Position numbers and translations under genes: made by a program
Assembly: GCF_001194135.2 (NCBI RefSeq)
Contig: NC_069003.1
Coordinates: 17,509,028-17,547,785 of the forward strand
Direction of reading: 5' to 3'
Length of the DNA: 38,758 nt
From: Octopus bimaculoides
Taxonomy: Eukaryota
In this document: positions 23,780-34,902 of the stretch, piece by piece
Layout of the letters: each line of letters begins with the position of its first letter
Position numbering within the stretch: the stretch's first letter is position 1
Notes under the pieces: model-generated
The model's database searches: none
Told to the model about the DNA's origin: nothing
What the model saw: the letters and a program-made list of their open reading frames with translations, nothing else

Positions 23780-25035
23780 TGGTGGTGGTTGGCTACTCCT
23801 TATGCAGAGTCTGACCATTTCTTGTACCTACACCTTAGATTCATCATGGCATCTGATGTGGCTTTTCAATATACTGAAAAGACACCGACATAAATTGCAT
23901 ATCTGATTTGGATCACCAAGAGCTGCAGTTAAGTTCTGATCTTTGTGTAACTTAAAATGTTTTTTGAGGCTGCCATTAGAATTGCAAACCTTACGGCATA
24001 CATGGCATTGAAAAGTGTGCACAGATATATAGGCAGAACAGTTGATGGAGGTTCATTTTCCATGTGTCCTCAGATGAGTCCAGCAAAAGAAAGGCACAGT
24101 CTGTCACAAACTGTGCACAAAAAAAGGTCACTGAGATTCATCTTCTTGATTGTAACATTTTTCTTTAAATCTACCTTGAGTCTTGCATGTATTATCCTGG
24201 CCTTTCAAACACTTTCACTCCATTCCACACTTTTGTTCAACATCCAGCTCAATCCGAAGCAAGGGTTTCTATGGCCTTTGGATCCATTCCAAGTGCCTTC
24301 ATGGTAGTCCTTATGCCTTCTTTAAACCACTTTTTAGGTTTACACTGATTGCATTTCCCTTCTGCAAGCTCACCATAAAATAGCTGTTTGGGTGTGCATT
24401 CATCTGCCATTCAAACAATATGGCCAGACCATCACATTTGACTTTTCAGAATCATTGATTTAATTGAAGTGATACCTGCAGATGCAAAGACATCTGTGTC
24501 TGGAGTAAAAAAAGCCCCATTTAATGTTTAAAATGTGGCGAAGGTATTTTTGGAATCATTTTAACAATTTGAAATGTCTTTCATAACACATCCATGTTTC
24601 AGAAGACTACAACATGGATGGTAAGACAAATGATTTGCAAAGAGCCAATTTTGTGTTGTTAATCATATGTCATTGGCGTGAAACGCACGACTTCAAACCA
24701 CCAAATGCTTGTGTTGCCCATTGAATTCGCTGATGTATTTCTGTGTCCAGATTTCCATTATTTTGTACAGAGTTTCCAAGGTAAATGAAAGAGTCAACAA
24801 CCTCAAGTAACTAACCCATAACAAAAATTTTAGGTGGGTTGCAAACAGCACAACATGCAACTTGAAACATTATAACTGTTTTTTTCAAGTTGATGGTCAT
24901 GCCAAAATCATCACACACTGTGTCAAATGCAAATATAAAAGACTGCAGGCCCGTTTCAGAGTGACTGACTAGATTACAATCATCAGTGTATAAAAGTTCC
25001 TTAATCAGTGAAGTAAGAACCTTTGTTTCAAATTT
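23780..25035 (-). mobile_element. RTE LINE, 5'-truncated, with C-terminal C2H2 zinc-finger-like motifs
   Basis: ELLYTDDCNLVSHSETGLQ...GMTINLKKT at the 5' side, and FQCHVCRKVCNSNGSLKKHFKLH plus ICNLCRCLFSILKSHIRCH near the 3' end. Confidence 0.85.
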
Positions 25036-25154
25036 ATATATGTATATATATGTACATATATATACACAAACATATATATACATATATGCACACACACACA
25101 CACATATGCATGCATACCCCCACACACACTTTCTTGGTCAGAGAAACCTAACTA

Positions 25155-26405
25155 TTGGGTCATCCCATAAATAATGCGGTTTTTTCAATTGCATGAACTA
25201 AAAGTTGGAGGGAGATGGGATAAGCTACCTGCATCAACTTGCTATAAAAGCAGGTAGCAATTTTACCTTGTCCTTATTCTTAGTGCAAGTTTTGAAGAGT
25301 GCAGTTCGATTTTAACAGTTATTTTTTCAAAGCTATAATGGAAGTAACAAAGGAGCATATTCAGCATATTTTGCTTTATGAGTTCAATAAAGGTAACAAT
25401 GCAATGAAAAGTATGAGGAATATTAATGCAGTATATAGGGATTGGACAATAAGTGTAAGCCACTGTGAATGGTTGTTCCAAAAATTCTGAGCTGGAAACT
25501 ACAGCCTTGAAGACAAGCCTTGTCCTGGAAGATTTATAGAGTTAGATGAGGATGTCCTGCAAAACCTGTTGGAATAAAATCCCATTGTAACTGTTGAGGA
25601 ACTAGCAGAGTAGCTTGGATTTGGTCATTCAACCATTCATCAACACCTGTGTGCCATCAAAAAAGTCAGCAAATTGGGTCAATGGGTTCCTCACAAACTT
25701 TCCAGGTCTAATTGCGTGCAAAGAGTGAATGTGTGCGCTTCTTTGCTGTCACATCTCACAAATGAACCTTTTTTTGGACCAAACAGTGACTGGTGACGAG
25801 AAATAGGTTCTCTATAAAAATGTCAAGCAGTGAAGACAGTAGGTAGGGAAAGGAGAAACACCAGCACCCATGTAAGGTGTTATCTGTTTGGTGGGATATG
25901 AAAGGTTTAGTCCACTTCAAACTTTTAAATCCAAACCAAATAAGAACAAAGGAGATCTACTGCGAGCAGCTTGAACACCTTAAGTCAACACTAAAAGAAA
26001 AATGACCATCTTTGGTTTCAAGATGAAAGGATAATGCTTGGCTACATACAGCGAGGATGACATTCCAAAGGCTGGAGCACTTTGAATGGGAAATGATGCC
26101 CCACCCACTATATTTGCTGGACATTGCCCCATCTGATTATCATTTATTCTGCAGTCTTCAAAATCATTTGGACAGAAAAAATATGAATTCTGCAGACGAG
26201 GTCAGAACAGTACTGGAGGAGTATTTTTCATCACGAACAAGTGAATTTTGGAAGAGGGGCCTTGCAAGTCTGCCAGATAGATGGAAGAGCATTGTTGAAA
26301 ATGAAGGAGAGTATATTTTAGATTAAAAAAGAACTTTATTTATCTTAATTTTGAAAGATAAAAGAAGTATTAAAAAAAAAACGCATTATTTATGGGACGA
26401 CCCAT
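25155..26405 (+). mobile_element. Near full-length mariner transposon with a decayed transposase
   Basis: TA-flanked TIRs (ttgggtcatcccataaataatgcg / cgcattatttatgggacgacccat). Transposase runs from MEVTKEHIQHILLYEF (25278) through WVPH, TGDEK, DNA and DIAPSDYHLF to the stop at 26326, with internal stops and frameshifts. Confidence 0.95.
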
Positions 26406-26422
26406 TAAACTGTTTTACTTAC

Positions 26423-26569
26423 CAGTCTCCATACATTCAAATGGTATCGTACATTGACCAATAAACTCATCTCCGATATAGTCATCGTCTAACACAGCAA
26501 ACCGAATTAGTGCAAGTTCAGGTAGATTAATTTGGAATTCAAAACTTTCATCAAAAATAGGGTTATAAC
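26423..26569 (-). CDS. PLCL: PLCL exon: C2 domain C-terminal half (147 nt, phase 1 to 1)
   Basis: Encodes (G)[48 protein letters not shown](G). Acceptor ttgcAG, donor GTAAGT. Absent from the ORF track. Confidence 0.95.
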
Positions 26570-26772
26570 CTGCAATTGATAAAAAAATGTTCAATATTAA
26601 TTAGAAAACACTGAAAAAAGAATTTCGTTTTTGTATCTGGTTTGCAAGATTCTTCATTTGAAGTAGTGTGTTGAAACAGATTTTTTGTCTCAAGAGGGTC
26701 ATGCCAATAATAAACACATACACTGGTTCTATTACACATTTATTATTATTATTATTTGTCAACCATTTAACA

Positions 26773-27014
26773 CAGGTTTCTCAACTAATTTTTCCTTATG
26801 GACCCCTTTAATTCTTTTTTTCTACTCAGATTGACACACCCCACCCCATAACCATTCGATGTTTAAAATATCATATTATGTTTCTATAATTAAATATTAT
26901 TAGGAATTGTATAAAAAAATTGTTAAGATATTTGATGCATTGTAGAAATAAATAAAATATTGCACATAAATTTTAACAACAAAATCTTATATGGACTCTG
27001 GTTGAGAACCATTG
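26773..27014. mobile_element. hAT-like MITE
   Basis: Ends caggtttctcaac / gttgagaaccattg with an imperfect 8-bp duplication (atttaaca / atttaatc). Confidence 0.45.
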
Positions 27015-27045
27015 ATTTAATCAATTAAATAATAGATTGTTTGAA

Positions 27046-27272
27046 TAATCCTTTAGCATTCAAACTGGCCATATCAGGCCAAAATATTCTACCTGTTTTA
27101 TGATTGAAGTGGCCAAATCCAGCTGTTCATACCTACCCTACAATGTTATTCTAAAAATATACATTCACAGCATTGGAATCTCGAAGGTATGAGATAATGC
27201 ATGATTAATTCAAAACAATGTGAATAAATAAGCATAAGATTTGGCAGAGTAATCTGAACGCTAAGGAATTAA
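27046..27272 (-). mobile_element. piggyBac-like MITE
   Basis: Reverse-orientation copy of 7662-7887. Confidence 0.65.
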
Positions 27273-27459
27273 ATGTGATGAAACAAATTAGTTTCATTTT
27301 TAACAAGTTTTATAGTAAATGTTAAATTTTAGTTTTGAAATTGAGTTATGATAAAAAAAAATTTCAAATGGAAAGGGAATAAGATTTTATGTAGAGCACC
27401 AATATTTAAACAATTGGGAATATATTAAATTTCATATGTTTTAGTAATTTTGTCACAAA

Positions 27460-27858
27460 GGTGCAGGCTTGGCTGTGTGGTAAGAAGTTTCCTTCCCAAC
27501 CACATGGTTCTGGGATCAGTCCCACTGCGTGATACCTTGGGTAAGTGTTTTCTACAATAGCCATAGGCTGCCCAAAGTCTTTTGAGTGGATTTGGTAGAC
27601 AGAAACTGAAAGAATCCTGTTGTATATGTGTCTGTGTGTCTTTCTGTCTATGTTTGTCCCCCACTGCTGCTTGACAACTGGTGTTGGTGTGTTTATGTCA
27701 CTGTAACTTAGCAGTTTGGCAAAAGAGGCCGACAGAATAAGTACAAGGCTTTACAAAATATAAAAAATACTGGGGTTGATTTGTTGAACAAACCCTTCAA
27801 AGCAATGTCCTAACATGGCTGCAGTCTAATGACTGAAACAAACAAAAGATAAAAGATA
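27460..27858 (+). mobile_element. Full-length tRNA-derived SINE
   Basis: Head ggtgcaggcttggctgtgtggtaagaagtttcc...ggttctgggatcagtccc, a TG-rich middle and the tail gaaacaaacaaaagataaaaga. Several partial copies occur in the window. Confidence 0.85.
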
Positions 27859-27912
27859 TGTGCACACACACACACAATATGAAACATTTTTCTATCTCAA
27901 GTTAGTCAGCTG

Positions 27913-28190
27913 TGTGACTAGTATGTCACTAAAAGCTAATTATGTGAGTAGCCATGCCTGTGCCAATTCTGTGACTAGTATGTTACTCGTAGTCAAGTGT
28001 GTGACTAACATGTTGCTAGCAGCCAGTTCTGTGACCAAGTTATCTGCAGCTAACAATGTGACTAGCCATATTTTGTGACTAGTGTGTCACTAGTAGCCAA
28101 GTAGGTGACTAACATGTTGCTAGCAGCCAATGCTGTGACCAAACAAATCTTCAGTAGCCAATAATGTGACTAGCTACGCCTGTGCTAATA
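27913..28190. repeat. Degenerate minisatellite with TGTGAC-anchored units of about 30 bp
   Basis: About 10 units starting TGTGAC(T/C)A, in a partly duplicated higher-order pattern. Confidence 0.85.
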
Positions 28191-28219
28191 GTATTTTATT
28201 AATAACCAAAAATAATCAC

Positions 28220-28358
28220 CGTTATTATTAATTGTCTTGGTTTTCTCTTCAGCACAGTCTGCTGGTATACCAAATATTTCAATAGTAACATATGGATCGG
28301 TAATGTCTCCCTTGGCACCAGAACCTTGAGGCTTCGGAAGGTTTTGACCACTTATGAT
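28220..28358 (-). CDS. PLCL: PLCL exon: C2 domain N-terminal half (139 nt, phase 0 to 1)
   Basis: Encodes [46 protein letters not shown](G). Acceptor ttttgcAG, donor GTGATT. Absent from the ORF track. Confidence 0.94.
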
Positions 28359-29376
28359 CTGCAAAAGGAAAAAACAATATGAATGATAATGGTAACAGGT
28401 AGAATCTCATATAACACTAGACTAATTGTTCTAATAGAACAACCATGTTTAAGTAATTAGATCAGCGGTTTCTGAACTTAGTTTTGGTGTGGAGCTCATT
28501 ATATAGTTTGTCCCAAGAATCCCCAAACCCATTCTTATAATTTATAGACAACCCCTGTCACAGTCATTCAAAAAAGACATTAAATAAAACTGAAGTTCTT
28601 TAAGAGGACACATTTATTCACTAAAAAAATTCCAATATTCCATTATTTTGAAAGTGGCAAATAGAATTTGCTTAGTAAAATAAAGTTTTATAAAACTTTA
28701 TTTGAAAAAAAACATTTTATTTTACAGAATTCCAGAATGCCTTTCATGGAACTCTGCTGTTCCTCAGAACCCCATTTTGAAATATTCTGCACTAATATGG
28801 ATTAGGCAAGCCTTTTTCATAGTTACTTCCCACATCTCTTGAACAGTTACAAATTGTAGGAAAAGAACAAATTCCAAAGAACCAATATTGTGGGGAGAAA
28901 GGAGTGGGAATAATGATTAGTGCAAGATGTAGAGATTGCACCACTGAGCAAAATGTGGAAGCACAAATTCATTCTGGGTCTTTGCTTGTGTTTAGCAGAG
29001 TCAATAGTTATGGAGGGTAGAGGGTTGAAATAGTTGCTGTGAGGAGTACAGAATCTAGTACTCTCTCTCTCTCTCCCTCCCTTAATTCAGAAAAAGGACA
29101 AATTCTTCACTGCAAACAACAATTGAATTTAACAAACTCTTCTATTAATTCTTCTATGATTTCATTACTGTTGATGAAACCATCAGCAATTTCTTTGTAT
29201 TTCAGATATTAGCATCTTTAGAACAAGATAGCAGAAGCTTACCAAAACATTAACTACACACAGCAACATCTTATTTGGAATCCTTATTCTTTAACATTAA
29301 TTACAGTAAGAACATTAACTATAAAACAAGCAACAACAAAACAATGGTCATGAGAAGAAGTGGTAGTACCACATAC

Positions 29377-29555
29377 CCTAATATGGAGCGACTGAGGAGA
29401 AACATCAGGTAAAACATCTTTAGTGTTGGCACTGAAGTAAGAGATTTCTTCTCTCATAACAGCTGGCTTTAACACATAGCCACAACCACCATTCTTTTGG
29501 AACCAGCCATTATAGAGATCCATCATCAAGCCCGGCGTTTGGTAATTTACAGAAA
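29377..29555 (-). CDS. PLCL: PLCL exon: end of Y box and Y-C2 linker (179 nt, phase 1 to 0)
   Basis: Encodes (V)[59 protein letters not shown]. Acceptor ttccaccAG, donor GTATGT. Confidence 0.95.
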
Positions 29556-31049
29556 CTGGTGGAAATGGTAAATAAATGGTTAGAATGAGTTTTGATTGCA
29601 TGTCCAATTGAATTGTATAAAGCTCATTTATAAAGCTGACACTCAAAATACAAATTGTTGTTTTAGAATTATCAACCCTTTTGATACCAACCTTCTCCAG
29701 ACGACTTCTGGTTCTTTGATACCAACTTATCTTCCCTCATTAATTTAGCTAAGAACATTTTATTAAGTAATGTTCTAAATGTTCGTTTAATACATTGTTG
29801 ATAAATGAAAAAGTGAATTTATCAAATCACTCCAAATCTTTTATTTTCAAAATTATTTGGTACACAAAGTATTTAATGAGAAATGTTACAATCAAGAGGA
29901 TAGCATTATAATTATTAAATTAAAACTATTTATTTATCATTAATAATATAACCTTGTTAATGTCAATAGTCAATTAAAAATGAATTGCAAAATTAATGTA
30001 ATTATATACAAAAATAAATATATGATCATTTAGTGTCCATTTTCCAAACTGGTGGCACAGGTTGAACAGTTTGATTGAAACCAACAAGCCAGAGAACTAC
30101 ACTGAGCTCCAATGTCTGCTTTGGCATGGTATCTATGGTTCAATGTCCTTCCTAACACCAATCACTTTCAAGTGGGTACTGGGTACCTTTTGTGATAACT
30201 GCAGTAGTGAGGACATCAAGTAATTTGTAATACAAGATAAACTGATGCCTTGTGAATGGATATAGTAGAAGGAAGGAAGGAAGCCAGCCAGCCATACATG
30301 CATGCATACATATGTATGTATGTATGTATGTGTGTATGTGAAAGTCTATAATCTGCATGTCATGCATGGAAGCCATGGAAGTTTGTTTTGATTTTCCAGA
30401 CAACAAATTGTCCACTGGGTCTGTGCTTTCAAAAACGTGCAGGATAAGCAATTCTTTACTTGGAAAACAAGTAAAGTGTAAGTGACAGCTGTGAAACAAT
30501 GCCTCAATAATATATATTCACCTAACCCATGATACCATAGAAAAACAGATGTAAATCTAAAAACAAATGAATATACATGTCTATAGGTGTATTGTGTGTG
30601 TGTTTGTGCCTGTGTGTATACACATACATACATATGTTTGTATGTATGAATTCACTAGAAAAAAAACTTCTTCCCAAAAAAGGTTAATAACATGCTCATT
30701 TTCATAACATTTTTTTTTTTTAAATAATTTTTTAGAAAAATCACCTTTACACTTCCATGGTCTATAATCATGCAAATGAATAATAAGAAAATGGAGATAC
30801 TGAAATTAATAAGAGTTTATTATCAGCAAAAAATCGATCATTATCCCTTACAGCTGTTTCAATTAAGCCCAGTGAAGTTAAAAAATATTAAAATCATATT
30901 TCTGAGCTTAATCTTTTCAGAGGGAGAAAAAATATACCTTTAGATATTTTGTGTGTTAGTTATTTGAATCATCACGGCAGACTGAATAATATTATTATTA
31001 ATTAGCAATGGTATATGTCTAGGTGAGGGGGTTACACATTTGTTGTGGG

Positions 31050-31327
31050 TAAGATATGGCATATACATATAGATATATAAGTGTAAATAGATAATTAAAT
31101 AGATGAGTAATACATGAATATGTATTCATACATATATGGGCAAGAAATTCACATAAATACAGGTGCACATATACACATACATAAGTGCATACAAATATAT
31201 TACATACACATCAACATATCTGCATATACACACATATGTACCTGCCCTTATTTTTGCATAGAAATACACACATACATAAGTGTGCATTATCATACACACA
31301 CAAATATACATACATGCACACATATAC

Positions 31328-31358
<31 letters not shown>

Positions 31359-31740
31359 CACACACATACGCACTAACATACATAGACAATCATTTGTAAA
31401 TACACATACACTCACATACCTGTGTGTATATATACATATAAACTCATATATATAAATAGGTGTAAAAATGTATTCACTTGCATCCATATATATGTAGGTA
31501 CAAATATACATAGATTATAGCACACATAAATATATTCACACGCCCATACATGTCTGTATTGGCAACCTATACAACCATAGTCACATGTATATAAATGCAC
31601 CAGCCCATAAATCTGTATACATATCAATACACACCTCTATATATATATTCTTACATGTGCACATATGTGCCTGTACTGGCAACCCATACACACAGAGTCA
31701 TATGTATATACATGTACGTATACACATACATACATTTATA
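31050..31740. repeat. (TA/CA)-rich low-complexity region
   Basis: Degenerate dinucleotide repeats. The ORFs here are compositional artefacts. Confidence 0.85.
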
Positions 31741-31759
31741 TTAAAATAAAAGAATAAAG

Positions 31760-32410
31760 GTATAAATATAAAAATAAAAATGTGAGTGCATTATCAGGCA
31801 TTTTTTTGTTGTTAAGGAAGTGTTGATATGATTATTACTGAAAGGTAGTTTTTAAATATTAGTCAAACTAATGTATGTGTTACTAGTTGTGTCTATTCAA
31901 AAGTTAGAATAAAAGTCAAATAGTTATAAAGTTTAGCAATTGTGTGTGTTCAAATGTTGGTAGAAGGTTACTCATGATGTGTACAATAGGTTAGTTATAA
32001 TGGGTGACTAGTATAAAAAGATACTAAATATGGAGGTCTAATATATTAATATAATATAAATAATAATTAAATTAGATAATCAACGTGAATATGTGTAAAA
32101 ATGAAAGTATAAATATATAAATATAAAAATGTGTGTGCATATCAGACCTTATCTTGTTGCTAAAGATGTGTTAATATGGTTATTAATGAAAAGTAGTTGT
32201 GTGAATAATAGTCAAACAGATATGAATGTTACCAAGTGTATCAATTCAAGAGTTAGAATGATAATCAAACAGTTATAAAAGTTAGCAATAATATATGCTT
32301 AAAAGTTGGTAGAAGGTTACTCGTGGTGTGTACAAGATATTAATTAGTATAGCTAATTTTTATAAAATTATGCTAAAAGTAGGTGTAATAGAAGTGGAAA
32401 TTAATATAAT
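31760..32410. repeat. Diverged tandem duplication with a unit of about 350 bp
   Basis: Shared anchors in the same order in both copies: aaaaatgtg.gtgcat.atcag, tagtcaaac, agttagaat, gttggtagaaggttactc.tg.tgtgtacaa. Confidence 0.85.
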
Positions 32411-32459
32411 GGTAGTTTAGTTAGGTAGTAATAATGGGGGAGGTCATGTATAGAGCTAG

Positions 32460-34800
32460 GGATTCAAAGTGAATATACAGATATTCTAGTGAGAGGGATA
32501 ATAAATCAATTATTTGAATTTGGAAAATACATATTTTCCTGCATGAACACAGGAAATACTTTTCTGAGTTATACAAAGAAAACATTTTTTATTATTGACT
32601 TTGTAAGCTGGTGCGGAAGCAATGGTATCCCATTTAATATCAAATTCAATATTATTGTCTTTTAATTCCCATATAAATTTACTTAACCAGTGGAATTAGC
32701 TTTCTATCTATTCTTAAAAGTTTGGAAATGATTTGTCACTCTAGTCTTAATCATATTTTCCCTCGAGCCAATATAAAAATATTTTTTTCTTCGAGCTATA
32801 ACAGTGCATTAGTATACTTACTCTTTTTCTTTAACATGAATTCTTAAACTTACAATTATTTTAAACTCTACAATCACAATTTTCATAAGTATCGTTATGC
32901 ATGGGTGTATTAGATGAGGAATATATATCATTATTAGTAGTGCTAGTATTGGTTATTAAGGTTCCCTCATTGGGACTTATATGTAAGCAATTATTAGGCT
33001 TATTTGAATTTGGGAGATATATTTTAAGTTCAGGGGAATTATTAGGATTATTATTATTGGCATTTCTATTAGTGTAGAATTTATTTAATTTCTTGTTGTT
33101 GATAGATGATATAATGGTAAATAAGTTAGGGGATAGGCTAAAACCAATATTGACAGTTTTGTGGTTAATTATTTCATTGTATCTATTATCATTGTTAAAG
33201 TGTTTATAGATGGCTTTGAAAACAGATTAAACTATGTTATTTTTAATTCGCATAGTGTATGGAATAATAAACCATATTTTATTAGATTTATCAGGGTTAT
33301 TCATATTTACAGGTATATTATAATCTGTTTTAGATTTTTTATAATTAATGGAATGAGTATGTACACAATATTTATTAATTATATTATTATCATTGTAGCG
33401 ATCATTACAATTGTAAATTGGTTGTTTTTTTAGTTTTCATGGGTTTGTGAGATAACTTAGTATTGGTTTTTCTATTATTATGTTTAGTATTATTAATTTG
33501 ATTTAAAGTGATCTTGTGTTTTTTATCATTATCAATTCATTGTTTATATGTATTTTGGTTACTAGTTATGTGTTTATTACTAGGTATATTACTATTTATG
33601 GTGGGATTATAAAATTTACCAGTTTTATATTTTTGCACTGTTTTGGTCATGTCTTGCATATGGATGAGGAGAGCTGTGTGAAAAAGTGTCACTCCCTAAG
33701 AGTGGAAGGAACCTGTGGAAGAGCGGGACCCAGGAAGACATGGGATAAGGTGGTGAAGCAAGACCTTCAAACGTTGGGCTTCACAGAAGCAATGACAAAA
33801 GACCGAGACCTCTGGAGATATGTTGTGATTAAGAAGACCCAGCAAGTAAAGTGAGATCACAGCTTTAGCCTACACCAGTGTTACATAACCAGCCCATTTA
33901 AAAAGTACCTTTCAATTGTCGGGCGACATTCCGTGTTTGAGGAGACCTATTGAATTAAGTAAAATGCAAATCCAAATTCAAATCAAATCAAATGGAAATT
34001 GTAGTTGTGGCCGATGCCAGTGCCGCCTGACTGGCTCCTGTGCTGGTGGCACACAATAAGCACCATGCATGTGTGGGTCGTTGCTAATGTCGCCTGACTA
34101 GCTCCCCATGTAAAAAGCACCATCCGAACATAGTTGATGCCAGCCCTTGCCCTGACTCGCTACTGTGCTGGTAGCACATAAAAAGCACCATCCGAACATG
34201 GCCAATGCCAGTGCCACCTGACTGGTTCCCATGCCGGTGATATGTAAAAAGCACCCACTAAACTCTTGGAGTGGTTGGCGTTAGGAAGGGCATCCAGCTG
34301 TAGAAACACTGCCAGATCAGATTGGAACCTGGTGTGGCTTCCTGGCTTGCCAGTCCCCAGTCAAACTGTCCAACCCATGCCAGCATGGAAAATGGACACT
34401 AAACGATAATGATGAATTAGTTGAATTATCTTTATTAATGCTGTTAGGTTGGCAGAATTCTATTTTATTTCAATATCCAGCATTTGCTAAGGCTATATTG
34501 TAGTGGTTTGCATGTTTATAAAATATTTCTTCATTGGAAGATAAATATGTTAGTCTTTTACTAATATTAGAGGCTAATGCATTTTTAATTGATCTAGGAT
34601 GATTTCTTTGGAAGTTGATATAGTTTAGATTTTCTGAAGGGTTCATGTAATCTGGTTGATAAATTAAAATTAACACCCAAAAAATTAATTATTATTCCTC
34701 TCAATAGTTATGGGAAGACTATTTCTTTCGAAAAACTTATAGAATTTCTTTTTAATTAGTTCTAATCTCCTATAGGATGCATTTTTTATGATGAAAAGAG
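32460..34800 (-). mobile_element. Penelope-like retroelement (Penelope/Poseidon-like), 5'-truncated and interrupted by an RTE tail
   Basis: RT thumb (LFIIKNASYRRLELIKKKFYKFFERNSLPITIE; YINFQRNHPRSIKNALASNISKRLTYLSSNEEIF..ALANAGY), linker IWFIIPYTMRIKNNI...KHF...TVNIGFSLSPNLFTIISSINNKK, and GIY-YIG C-terminus CDCR...LSKFIWELKDNNIEFDIKW...CFLC. Confidence 0.88.
33635..34415 (+). mobile_element. RTE 3' end nested in the Penelope element
   Basis: FGHVLHMDEESCVKKC..VEGTCGRAGPRKTWDKVVKQDL...DRDLWRY, then a 3' UTR with subrepeats of about 70 bp and the shared tail ending gataatgatgaa. Confidence 0.9.
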
Positions 34801-34823
34801 CAGGTGTATGTATGTGTGTGTGT

Positions 34824-34888
34824 TACAATTCCTTCTTCAGATATTCTGAGATGGAGTCCATCTAAGAATATCTGAAGAAGGAATTGTA
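34824..34888. repeat. 32-bp inverted repeat with one mismatch
   Basis: tacaattccttcttcagatattctgagatgga-g-tccatctaagaatatctgaagaaggaattgta. Confidence 0.93.
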
Positions 34889-34902
34889 TTCCGAAATATC
34901 AT
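34870..34902 (+). ncRNA. Putative minimal type I hammerhead ribozyme motif
   Basis: CTGAAGA-A-GGAAT(TGT)ATTCC-GAA-ATAT-C: conserved core, 5-bp stem II, palindromic stem III and an AUC triplet. Stem I has only about 2 bp. Confidence 0.45.

Larger units (their letters stand above)
2617..29555 (-). other. PLCL: Partial gene span: phospholipase C-like protein (PLCL1/PLCL2/PRIP family), nine internal coding exons
   Basis: Manual splicing gives one uninterrupted frame: [31 protein letters not shown]...[10 protein letters not shown]...[12 protein letters not shown]...[15 protein letters not shown]...LKGKKITK. This is collinear with the vertebrate PLCL1/2 sequence as I recall it. All junctions are GT-AG and all phases match. 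Confidence 0.93.

Noticed and set aside
23828-24022. Stand-alone C2H2 zinc-finger gene
   Set aside because: Collinear with upstream RTE RT remnants, lacks splice signals or TGEKP linkers, and is the LINE's C-terminus.
27913-28190. CRISPR-like appearance (short anchor plus variable spacers)
   Set aside because: The anchor is only 6-8 nt, the spacers are related to each other, no cas genes are present, and the context is a eukaryotic intron.
33161-33433. Hydrophobic ORF resembling a mitochondrial membrane protein (possible NUMT)
   Set aside because: It is the antisense reading of the Asn/Lys-rich Penelope linker.
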